Shown in pieces: positions 1 through 9,170 of a stretch of 64,000 bases of DNA; within the stretch, counting starts at the first letter, position 1; every line of letters begins with the position of its first letter. The stretch is taken from NCBI GenBank assembly GCA_963845535.1, contig CAWJSK010000012.1, positions 1 to 64,000 of the forward strand. The letters are read 5' to 3'. The notes beneath the pieces are model-generated. The model did no database searches. It saw only the letters and a program-made list of their open reading frames with translations, and had not been told where the DNA came from. A program made the position numbers and the translations under genes. The DNA comes from an uncultured Spirochaetota bacterium (GTDB lineage Bacteria; Spirochaetota; Spirochaetia; SZUA-6; Fen-1364).

Positions 1-37
1 AAACCGTAGGTCGGATGTTCGAGTCATCTCTGGGGCA
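1..37 (+). tRNA. 3' half of tRNA-Arg(CCT), cut by the window edge; either the true gene or an att copy
   Basis: AA-ACCGT (anticodon 3' arm), AGGTC, GGATG-TTCGAGT-CATCT (T arm), CTGGGGC-A (acceptor 3' strand and discriminator). The identical copy at 46372 is preceded by TTCCT, giving the loop TTCCTAA and anticodon CCT. Confidence 0.75.
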
Positions 38-194
38 AAGTCAATTCCCTATTGCAGAAAAAATCGTGAATACATGCTTTCGCCGCCGCGTCGCTGCTCA
101 GAGTCCTGTGAGATAAGAGATGTCAGAAAGCCATCAGGCGCTGCCGCTTTGGCTCCATATCAATCCAAGTTCTTCCATACGACTCGCACTTCCG

Positions 195-244
195 ACGGTT
201 CCCCAAAACCGTAGGTCGGATGTCTGCGTCATCTCAGGAGCAAA
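195..244 (+). repeat. Degenerate att-like copy of the tRNA-Arg 3' half
   Basis: 206-244 (aaaccgtaggtcggatgtctgcgtcatctcaggagcaaa) matches 1-39 with 5 mismatches, and ACGGT at 195 completes the anticodon stem. Confidence 0.8.
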
Positions 245-322
245 CGAAATTGCCGGGGTCCTGAGCGCGGTGCCGCGACGCGTCCTTATCGTTGCCCTTC
301 TCGCTAGACGCCCTGTAATAGA

Positions 323-535
323 TCACGACACCGGGGTCAACGAAAACACGCGTGAAGATCGGGATGCTGCGGTGATATCGCCCCGCCGCAAGGCTTCCCT
401 CACATCATCGAGCTTGTACGCATCATCCAAGGAAAGATAAGGCGACCAACCGGTCTCGTCTTCCAGAAGCTCTACATCGACTTCCGCAACATACTTGCCT
501 TCACGAACGATCTTGGTCCGCTTGCGTGTGGTCAT
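323..535 (-). CDS. Small hypothetical protein, putative partner/antitoxin of the DUF4258 protein
   Basis: 70-aa ORF with an ATGA overlap to the upstream DUF4258 gene. The motif REGKYVAEVDVEL...WSPYLSLDDAYKLDDVREALRRGD resembles genes commonly seen after DUF4258. Confidence 0.7.
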   Translation of the reverse strand: MTTRKRTKIVREGKYVAEVDVELLEDETGWSPYLSLDDAYKLDDVREALRRGDITAASRSSRVFSLTPVS

Positions 536-855
536 TTCGTCCTCCTGGAAAAGTCGTCAGCCCAACGTTCCGGGTCAGGCCGATATGCAGTGATCAGAAC
601 TGCCGGAGAAAGCTCATTCCTGGGGATGCCCCAGACAGCGTGGACGGCCTTCCCTTGCCTGTCTCTCTGACGAACAAGGACGCACGGCCCTTTGGCGAAA
701 GACGGATACTCTTCTATCTGAAGGGCATCCTGAAGTCCTTCCACTATTTCTCGTGCGGAGATTCCATCGGCGGCCAATTCATCGTATCCATGTTCCGAGA
801 TCTTCACCGTGCCGGCACGAGCGAGCTCACGGACGCGCTGAAGGGTGTCATCCAT
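532..855 (-). CDS. DUF4258 domain protein (putative RelE-like toxin)
   Basis: ISEHGYDE...IEEYP...GPCVLV...HAVWG...VLITAYRPDPERW pattern. Confidence 0.8.
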   Translation of the reverse strand: MDDTLQRVRELARAGTVKISEHGYDELAADGISAREIVEGLQDALQIEEYPSFAKGPCVLVRQRDRQGKAVHAVWGIPRNELSPAVLITAYRPDPERWADDFSRRTK

Positions 856-1149
856 CTCCTTGAGAATACAGCCTCAGGTGATCTTCGACAATCACAAGCA
901 GAGCAGGAACTGCGAAGATGATGATGGGGAAGCCGTTGACCCGTACCAAGGCACCTGTTCACGCCGCGGGAACTGGCAGGGTATTTCTCGAACCGGTCGC
1001 CTGAATCCCGAGCCAGTGCGCGAGTGCTACGCCACGACACGAGGCTCGGCGGGGAGATCTGCGCTCGTAGATCCCATCAAACCGAAGTGCCCATTGCCCA
1101 CGTTTATCTTCATGTGGCCACTGCGGACGCTGCGCCTGCCCAACCAAGC

Positions 1150-1600
1150 GCCCAGACCCTCTATCGTCCCCGGAGACCCGATCCCTTGTGCAGGCCCTTC
1201 CGCCACCGCTTCCCCGAGTTCCAGGCTGCCTACGAGCAGCGCCACGCCCCCACCTTCGGCAGGTTCCGCCTCCCCCTCCTCGTGCGCGCCGCATCGGCAT
1301 TCCGCGTTTGCGGAGACTGGAGCCAGGGCATCGCCCGCATCAGGTGCCCGCGGCTTCGACCGGTTGCGACCCTTCTCCTGCAAGAGCTACCTCCTCTGCC
1401 CCTCGTGCGCCCAGAAGAGAACCCTCCTGGTCGAAGAGTACCTCAGCGAGGACCTGCTGCTGCGCTTGCCCCACCGACAGTTCGGCTGGACGATACCCAA
1501 GGTCCTGCGTGTGCTCCTCCGTCACGACCGGGATCTCTTGTCTCCAGCCACCAGACGTTCGGCGAGTTCGGCGTGTGGCAGCTTTGCCTTTGTACGAGAT
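1150..1600 (+). pseudogene. IS91-like transposase remnant (zinc-binding domain), frameshifted and truncated
   Basis: CGDWSQGIARIRCP, then in another frame PFSCKSYLLCPSCAQKR...HRQFGWTIPKVLR, then HQTFGEF. Confidence 0.8.
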
Positions 1601-2057
1601 GAACTGCCCTTCCGGAATCAATCCCTCGGGGGCCCTTTTCGGGGGACAGGCCGCTGTCAAACGCAATGAAAATGTGTCCCGGGACCATGATGAAGGCAGC
1701 ATCAATACTCACCGCCTGCCGGAGCGTAGCATACAGGATCGACATGTCGCTGCAATCTCCCGCGGGAACTGGACGAAATCGATCACGTCCTTCTGCTTGG
1801 ACACCTCGAGTACGGAGTCTTGGGGTTGGGCGTGTAGTTCAGGCCGTAGATATCCAACGCCTCGTGGATCGCGATTCTCTCCTGCAGGTTCTCGCTGATC
1901 GAGCGATTCTCCTTGCCCTGTACGTAGCTTGCCACGCTTCGCGCAAAGTTCAGCACCCCGGGGTCGTTGGCGCTGACATACAGCCGCCTTCGATTGTCGT
2001 CCCAGGTCATCGCGTTTCGCCCCGTCAGGGTCAGCGTCTCGATCTTTTTGTCTCGTT
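1585..2057 (-). pseudogene. Fragment of a transglutaminase-like domain protein
   Basis: RNAMTWDDNRR..VSANDP, YTPNPKTPYS, IDFVQFPRE and GDCSDMSILYA...VPGHIFIAFDSG occur across several frames. The 5' side is cut where the ISAzo13 remnant begins. Confidence 0.6.
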
Positions 2058-2059
2058 AG

Positions 2060-3045
2060 CGTTCGCGAGAAAATAACTGGAACATGTTTGATGTGTGCTA
2101 TATTCCGGGTGTGACACGACTCCAGATGATCCGCAGGAAGTATAGGACCCTGAAGGCGTCGCTCAACGAACGCGGCCGCCGGATTTGGGCTGTCACGGAA
2201 GCTCAATCGCTGGGATATGGAGGCGCCTCGCTGGTCGCTCGGGCCACTGGTATCTCGCGGAGTACGATTATCCGAGGGTCACAGGAGATCCGAGAGAAGA
2301 CGAGCGCCGATAGGGGTCGTGTCCGGCGGACTGGTGGCGGGCGCAAGAAAGCCACCGCGATCGACGCGAAGTTGCGAGCTGCCTTGGAGCGGCTGGTGGA
2401 CCCGGTGAGCCGGGGGATCCAGAGTCCGCACTAAGGTGGACATGCAAGAGCACGCGGCGCTTGGCCAGCGAATTGACGGCGCAGGGTCATGCAGGTAGTG
2501 AATGGCTGGTGCGACAGCTGCTCTATGAGTTGCACTACAGCCTCCAGGCAAACCGCAAGACCAAGGAGGGAGGCCGACATCCGGATCGGGACGCACAGTT
2601 TCGGCACATCAACGCTGGGGTGAGCCGGCAGGTGGGACTCCGGCAACCGGCGATCTCGGTGGACGCGAAGAAAAAGGAATTGGTGGGGAACTTCAAGAAC
2701 GGTGGGCGAGAGTGGCGTCCTCGGGGGAGTCCGCACCAGGTCAAAGTCCACGATTTCATCGACAAGACCAAGGGGAAGGTCATTCCCTACGGCGTGTATG
2801 ATCTACGGCTGAATCGAGGCTGGGTGTCGGTGGGGGATCGACCACGAGGCGGCATCCTTCGCGGTGAACACAATCTTGCACTGGTGGAGGAAGATGGGAT
2901 CAAGGGAGTATCCGCGGGCCAGATCACTGTTGATCGTCGCCGACAGCGGTGGGAGCAACGGCAATCGAGTCCGGCTGTGGAAGTGGGAGCTCCAGCGGCT
3001 TGCCGATGTAACGGGCCTGATCGTTCGCGTCTGTCATTTTCTGGT
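2060..3045 (+). mobile_element. ISAzo13-family transposase pseudogene (frameshifted, 3'-truncated)
   Basis: LNERGRRIWA..EAQSLGYGG, YSLQANRKTKEGGRHPDRDAQF, ISVDAKKKELVGNFKNGG, PYGVYDL and ADSGGSNG..RLWKWELQ lie in three frames. Confidence 0.9.
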
Positions 3046-3101
3046 AGACCTGCCTGCCCACGGTGTAGCCAATAGACATTTCCGCATCGACTGATCCACT
3101 A

Positions 3102-5833
3102 CTATGCCCACTGACCAGGACGATCACTCTCGTCCAGGATCTCGCGGGTCTTCTTCAGCAACTCCATCGAGCTGAACGGTTTTTGCAGGAAGTTGATGCC
3201 TGGGTCCAGCTCTCCCTGCCGTACGACTGCGTTTTCCGCATACCCTGACAAAAAGAGGACCTTCACTGTGGGGCATGCGCCCAACAGCTTCTCCGCAAGC
3301 TCCTTCCCGCTCATCCCAGGCATCACGACGTCGGTCACCAGGAGGTCTATTCCGCATTTCTGCAATTCAATCGCCGCCAGGGATTCGCTGCCTCCCGAAG
3401 CAGTTATGACGGCGTAACCGTTGTTCTCCAATACCGTCTGCGTGTACCGTCTCACCATTTCTTCGTCTTCCACGAGGAGAATCGTCTCACTGCCTCGAAA
3501 CATCGCAATTCCCTCAACAGGAGCGGTTGGCCCGTCGCCTGTCTCGATAGTGCGCGGGAAATAGATTGTGAACGTTGTCCCTTTGCCCGGCTCGCTATAA
3601 CATGTGATGTGACCGGCGCTTTGCTTGACGATCCCGTACACCGTGGAAAGCCCCAGCCCAGTCCCCTTCCCCGGCTCTTTCGTCGTAAAGAAGGGTTCGA
3701 ACAAATGGGAAAGCACTTCCTTTCCCATCCCGTGACCAGTGTCGCTCACGGTGATCTGCACATATTCGCCTGCCCTGACGCCCGGGTGCCCCAAAGCGTA
3801 TTCGTTGTCGATCGTGCGATTGGATGTCTCGATCGTCAGCTTTCCTCCTCCTGGCATCGCATCCCGGGCGTTGACAGCGAGATTCATGAGGACCTGTTCG
3901 ACCTGACCAGGATCGGCCTTGATGTTTCCCGCTTCGGGCGCAAGGAGAGTTCTTAGCTCGATGTCCTCCCCAATAAGTCGTGCAATCATTTTCTCCGCGG
4001 CGCGTAGAAGTGCGTTCGGGTTGATGACCCGCGGCATCAGGACGGACTTTCTGCTGAACGCAAGGAGCTTCGCTGTAAGGTTAGCCGCCTGCGTTGCTGC
4101 CCTCGCAATCTCGTCTATGTGCGCCTTCACAGGGCTGTTTTCGGGCAATCCTTCCTCCGCAAGCTCGGAGTAGCCTTTAATGACTGTCAAGAGGTTGTTG
4201 AAGTCATGCGCGACGCCGCCCGCCAGCCGTCCGACGGCTTCCATTTTCTGAGCCTGCAGGAACTTTGCAGCAAGGGATTTCTCTTCAGTGACGTCTCTCC
4301 CGTAGAGGTTGATATATCCGCGGCTAGGAACCGGAGCAATCGTGAAGTCAAAGACTTTCTTGCGCATCAGATGCCTCGACCTGGCGGATTTCACCCGTAG
4401 CCCACGCCTGAAGAAGCTCCGGCACGTATTCGGAGGGTATCCTGCTCTTGCATGAGAGAAGGGATCGGCTGGACAGGTTCTGGTAAAGGATCGAGCCATC
4501 CGAAGAGACACGAATTACAGGGTTGGGATTCTCCTCGGAAAGCCGCGCGAGGTCATGGATGCGCTCCTCGGCCTGTTTGCGCTCCGTGATGTCCCGTCCC
4601 GTGCATACGACTCCGATGACTTCTCCCAGAGAGTTTGTGAGGGGCACCTTGATAGTGAGAGTCCAGCGTTTGTGACCATCGCGATCGAAGGACTCTTCTT
4701 CTTTGTTAATCAAGGGCGTCCCGGTCTGCATGACGGTCCGTTCGTCCGCAAGATAGCGCGCAGCCTCTTCCCGCGGAAAGAAATCGAGATCAGTTTTCCC
4801 AATTGCGTCCTGCGCCGCCTCCAGCCCCATGACACGAGCGTTCGCAATGTTCGCGATCAGCACGCGACTCTCTGTGTCTTTGACGGAGATATAGTCCGGT
4901 AGATTGTTGATCAACGTCAACAAGAGCGACTTTTCTCTTTCGAGGTTCTCTTCGAGCTGCTTGAGGTCACTCAAGTCTCTGACGATCGTAAGGACCGTGG
5001 GCTCGCCGTCCACCTCGAATAGCTGGCTCCTGATTTCCACGGGGAACTTCAGTCCCGCCTTGTTTACGGAAATGCTCTCCAAGGCTACGTGCTTTTCGGC
5101 TTTCAGCCGAGCCATCATCTCTTGCGCAATCTCTTTCCACGCACCTTCACGAGCGACGAGATCGAGGGCGCTCATCCGCAGCAATTCTTCACGGGCATAG
5201 CCCGTTCGCTCGCAGGTAAAATCGTTTACTTCGGTAATTCTCCCCGGCAGGCCGTCGGGTGTGATTCCATGGACAAGAACGGCATCGTGGGTATGGTTGA
5301 ACAGTATCCGATACCGTTCTTCGCTTTTCTTCAGAGCTTCCTGAGCGCGCGTCAGCTTGGTGATATCACGGGAAATGCCGAACGTGCCCACAATGGCGCC
5401 GCGCTTGTCGCGTACGGGTACTTTTGTGGTCAAGGCCCACGTGGTGGAGCCATCCAGCCACGTCTCTTTCTCGACTTTGTCGACAATCGGCTCACCGGTG
5501 CGAATGACTTGCTGGTCGTCTTCAAACGCGGCCCGTGCATGTTCTGCAGTAAAGGCGTCGAAAACCGTCTTTCCGACTGACTCGATAAGACCTCCGAACG
5601 CCATTGAATACGATTTGCTGACATAGATGAAACGGCCCTGCAGATCCTTGAAATAGATCTTGTCATGTGTGTTTTCTTCGAACGCGTTCACGAGGAGCAG
5701 CACCACCTCGATCGCATCCACCAGCCGGTCCAGCGCGTCGTCTGTCTGTGCCTTGCCAGACGAGTCCTCCAGGTGAAGCTCTCTTGACTGCCTCAATAAG
5801 CTTCGCGATTCGTGTTTCGATCTGCTCCTTCAT
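3102..5833 (-). CDS. Multi-PAS hybrid sensor histidine kinase/response regulator (frameshifts near 4365 and ~5750)
   Basis: PAS repeats in 4348..5796; H-box AGGVAHDFNN, NLAVNARDAM, FEPFFTTK and GTGLGL, and a C-terminal receiver (LLVEDE, TDVVMP, KPF) in 3102..4511. Confidence 0.9.
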
Positions 5834-5951
5834 GGAGTGTCTCAAGCCGTCCCCCAATCTCCGCTTTCAAGCTCGCCCCAAAATAGGCAAGGCCGCTGGA
5901 AAAGACGCCGCGCGGGGGGCTGGGATCCCACCGCCGCGACGCCGATAGCCA

Positions 5952-8114
5952 TCAACTGCGATCGACGTGCGCCACAAATGCCAGTTGCTGCTCCCTGTCT
6001 CCGTTCCTGCTGCTGCCAATCCTTGCGTGGCCATTCCCTCCTGCTGCACCCCGGATGTGCACTCTGCCTTCCGGGGAGCCTCCACCTTCGATCTTGAATT
6101 GCCCCATCAGCTGCTGCAGCTCCTGCGCCATGCTGGCAAGCTGCTCAGTAGCCGAAGACATCTCTTCCGCCGCCGAGGCTGCACTCTGCGTCACTTCATT
6201 CACAGCTTCCACCGCTTTCGACACCTGCTTCGCGTTGGTCGTCTGTTCTTCTGTCGCCGCCGATATGCTCTGGCTCATCTCGCTCACGCTGCCCAGAGCC
6301 TTCGACAGCTCCCTCACCGCCTCCACCTGCAGCGTCATGGATTCCGACAGCCCGGTGATCATGTCTTTCACCGTCTGCGAGGCCGTGCGGATCTGTTCCA
6401 TCGCCGCCTGCGACCCCTTCGCGGTCTCCACCCCCCTGGTCACGTTCTTAGCGCTCTCCTTGATAAGGCTCTCGATTTCTTTGGTGGACGAAGCGCTCCT
6501 GTCAGCCAGCTTGCTAACTTCATCCGCAACTACCGCAAATCCTCGCCCATGCTCCCCCGCACGTGCCGCTTCAATGGAGGCGTTCAGCGCCAAGAGGTTC
6601 GTTTGGTCTGCAATGTCGGAGATCACCGTCACGATCCCTCCGATCTTATCCCCGCTGGCCGCGATCATGTTGATTCCCTCAACGACTTCAGAGACCGCCT
6701 TCGCCCCTTGCAGAGCGTTATCAACAGACTTACCTGCAAGTCCCGCTATCTCAGTGAGGTTTTTCGACACCTCCTCTATGGATTTATGTACCTGCGTCAT
6801 GGAGGCGGTGCCCTGTTCCGCCGCCGCAGCCTGGCTTTGCGCATGTTCGGCCACCTGGTCCACCGACGCGGTCATTTCTTCCACCGATGCGCTGGTTTCC
6901 TCCAGCGAGGATGCCTGGCTCTGTGCTCCCTCGGCCAATTTCTGCGCACTGGCAGTGATCTCCTCGCTGGAGGAGGCCACTTGCTCGGCGCTGTCCTGGA
7001 TGGTAGCCACCATCCCCTTCAGCTTGACTGACATTCCATTCAGTGCCTCGGCGAGCTTGCCAATTTCGTCTTTCTGGTGAATAGGAAGCTGCTGGGTAAA
7101 ATCCCCTGATGCCACCAGCTCCGCGAAGGCCACTCCCTTTGCCAACCCCTTGGTGATGGTGCGGGAGAATGCCAGGTAGATCAGGAACGCGAGCAGATAG
7201 GCGATGGCGCTGACAAGTAAAATGAGATTTCGCACATCGTTCGCAGCGGCGAGGTATTCGGAATCTGGGAGCGTCAGACAGACGCTCCATCCAGTTGCCT
7301 TCACGGGTGCGAAACCTGCGGTCTTGGGTACACCCTGGTACACGTAGGAGCGAACTCCCCGCTCTCCCGCGATCATCTTCTTTGACAGCTCCTCCATGCC
7401 CTGCAGCTTGGCGATGTTGAGTTTGAAGACATTTTCAGCCTTCGGATGTGCCAGGGTCAGTCCGGTGTTATCCGTGACAAATGCATACCCGGTGTTGCCG
7501 ATTTTCTCTGTCGCGATCAAATCGTTCAGAAAGCCGATTTTCAACATGAGCACGCATGCGCCCATAACGGTGCGATCGGAGACAATAGGAACAGCGACAG
7601 GGGTGATCGGTTGCCCTGAGACCTTACTGATCACCGCCGCACCGACATTTTCCTCTCCCGCCAAGGCCTTTCTCAAGTAGTCTCTGTCCGATAGGTCCAG
7701 CCCGATAACCTTCGGATCCGGATTGGCAATAACGTGTCCATTGCGCCCTACGATGGCCACTCCCTCGTAGGATGAGCCAAGCTTCGTATTCGCAGCGAAC
7801 AGAGCAAGCTTCTCTTGGGCAAGAGCCGTTGCCTTCGGGATCGCCTTTTGGTCATTCGTGTCGGCTGCTGCCGCAACAGAAATAATCGCCTTATCGTTTG
7901 CAACGCTGAGGGCGATCTTGTTTTCTTCCATGTAAATCTTGTCGATCAGCTGCGCAATATCAGAGGATCTCCCTGCAAGCTGCTCATTTTCCACCTCGCC
8001 CAGCCCTTGCGTCGACTTGCTGATTGCCATCACGGCAACGACCAGGAGCGGTATCAACACGATAAGCGTTCCTACGACGATCAGCTTTACACCGATCTTG
8101 ATGTTCTTTAGCAT
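5952..8114 (-). CDS. Methyl-accepting chemotaxis protein (dCache-HAMP-signalling)
   Basis: Two TM helices, a Cache-like sensor, HAMP (DEIGKLA), and [36 protein letters not shown] precedes the ATG at 8114. Confidence 0.95.
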   Translation of the reverse strand: MLKNIKIGVKLIVVGTLIVLIPLLVVAVMAISKSTQGLGEVENEQLAGRSSDIAQLIDKIYMEENKIALSVANDKAIISVAAAADTNDQKAIPKATALAQEKLALFAANTKLGSSYEGVAIVGRNGHVIANPDPKVIGLDLSDRDYLRKALAGEENVGAAVISKVSGQPITPVAVPIVSDRTVMGACVLMLKIGFLNDLIATEKIGNTGYAFVTDNTGLTLAHPKAENVFKLNIAKLQGMEELSKKMIAGERGVRSYVYQGVPKTAGFAPVKATGWSVCLTLPDSEYLAAANDVRNLILLVSAIAYLLAFLIYLAFSRTITKGLAKGVAFAELVASGDFTQQLPIHQKDEIGKLAEALNGMSVKLKGMVATIQDSAEQVASSSEEITASAQKLAEGAQSQASSLEETSASVEEMTASVDQVAEHAQSQAAAAEQGTASMTQVHKSIEEVSKNLTEIAGLAGKSVDNALQGAKAVSEVVEGINMIAASGDKIGGIVTVISDIADQTNLLALNASIEAARAGEHGRGFAVVADEVSKLADRSASSTKEIESLIKESAKNVTRGVETAKGSQAAMEQIRTASQTVKDMITGLSESMTLQVEAVRELSKALGSVSEMSQSISAATEEQTTNAKQVSKAVEAVNEVTQSAASAAEEMSSATEQLASMAQELQQLMGQFKIEGGGSPEGRVHIRGAAGGNGHARIGSSRNGDREQQLAFVAHVDRS

Positions 8115-8166
8115 TCCTTTCCTCCTATGGGACATAGAGATCTTTGACACTTGGTTGACGGCCGCA

Positions 8167-8682
8167 TCACGCCAAAGCAGGTTCCTTCTCCGCCGCCTTG
8201 AGAGTGTCTGCGATCTGACTCATCTCCTCGCTGTCGAGAATCCTGTCCACGTCGATCATGATGATCAGCCTGTCACCTGTCTTCCCGACCGCCGTGATAA
8301 AATCCCGTGACCGCTCACCCATTACGGCTGGGGGAGGGTCGAACTGGTCTGCGGGAACACGAACCACCTGGCTGGCGGAATCCACCACCATGCCAATTGG
8401 CTTTCCCCCCACCTCCACCACGATCACCCGTGTGCTCGCCGTTTGTTGCTCCTGCTGCAGACCAAATCTCTCTCGCAGGTCGACAATCGGAATGACATCG
8501 CCCCTGAGATTGATGATTCCTTTCACGCAGGGGGGAGCCTTGGGCAGCCAGGTGATCTGGCGCATACGGATGACCTCTTTCACCCGCAGAAGCTCCAGGC
8601 CGTATTCCTCTGCACCCACGGTGAAGCTGATGAGCTGCCTCATCTCGGCAGCATTTCGCTCTCGACTCTTTGATTCATCCAT
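8167..8682 (-). CDS. cheW: Chemotaxis coupling protein CheW
   Basis: EEYGL...VKEVI...[30 protein letters not shown]. Confidence 0.95.
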   Translation of the reverse strand: MDESKSRERNAAEMRQLISFTVGAEEYGLELLRVKEVIRMRQITWLPKAPPCVKGIINLRGDVIPIVDLRERFGLQQEQQTASTRVIVVEVGGKPIGMVVDSASQVVRVPADQFDPPPAVMGERSRDFITAVGKTGDRLIIMIDVDRILDSEEMSQIADTLKAAEKEPALA

Positions 8683-8799
8683 TTGTGCCTCCTGTCTTTC
8701 GTTTCCTCGGCCAAAGTAATGCGGCCGCCGGGCTGTCGGCTTCGGCCAAAGGTACAGTCGTGGGCTAGACGGACTGGGACCGAACGCAGTCGCGGATTC

Positions 8800-9063
8800 T
8801 CACCCCCCTGGGCCGGCGGGCTCTCCCTTGTCACTGGCGTCAGCGGAGGTCCTGACCGACAGGACCGTCAGGTTCAGGTTCCAGATCCGATTTAGCAAGC
8901 CTTGAAGCGCGCTCTGATCTGCGAGTGTCCCATCGAGGTCCGTCACTGTTCCGTCCCCACCGTCAGTGCGGTAGGAAAGCCGTAGCTCCCCCAGCCACCG
9001 AGACCAGTGAGGAGCCACCCGCCCCCGAACGGTGATGCAGCATTGGATTGGTCGGCTGTTCAT
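8800..9063 (-). CDS. Small conserved hypothetical protein associated with MalT-type regulators
   Basis: ITVRGRV..HWSRWL...TDLDGTLADQSALQGLLNRIWNLNLTVLSV, directly downstream of the MalT-like gene. Confidence 0.7.
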   Translation of the reverse strand: MNSRPIQCCITVRGRVAPHWSRWLGELRLSYRTDGGDGTVTDLDGTLADQSALQGLLNRIWNLNLTVLSVRTSADASDKGEPAGPGG

Positions 9064-9170
9064 CAGATTCCTCTGAGCGAGCATAACCTGTGCGGAGGAA
9101 GCCGGGACCGGACTTTGGTCCAGTTGCGGGCCGGAGACGCTGGGAAGCAGCTAACGAGTTGAAGGAAGCT

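Noticed and set aside
845..1669. 274-aa ORF as an intact gene
   Set aside because: Only its distal part carries transposase motifs; it is a read-through of a frameshifted remnant.
8690..8800. Possible ZTP or c-di-GMP riboswitch upstream of cheW
   Set aside because: Only short GCGACTG and GCCGAC words resemble the ZTP consensus, and the core elements could not be placed. An Rfam scan would be needed.
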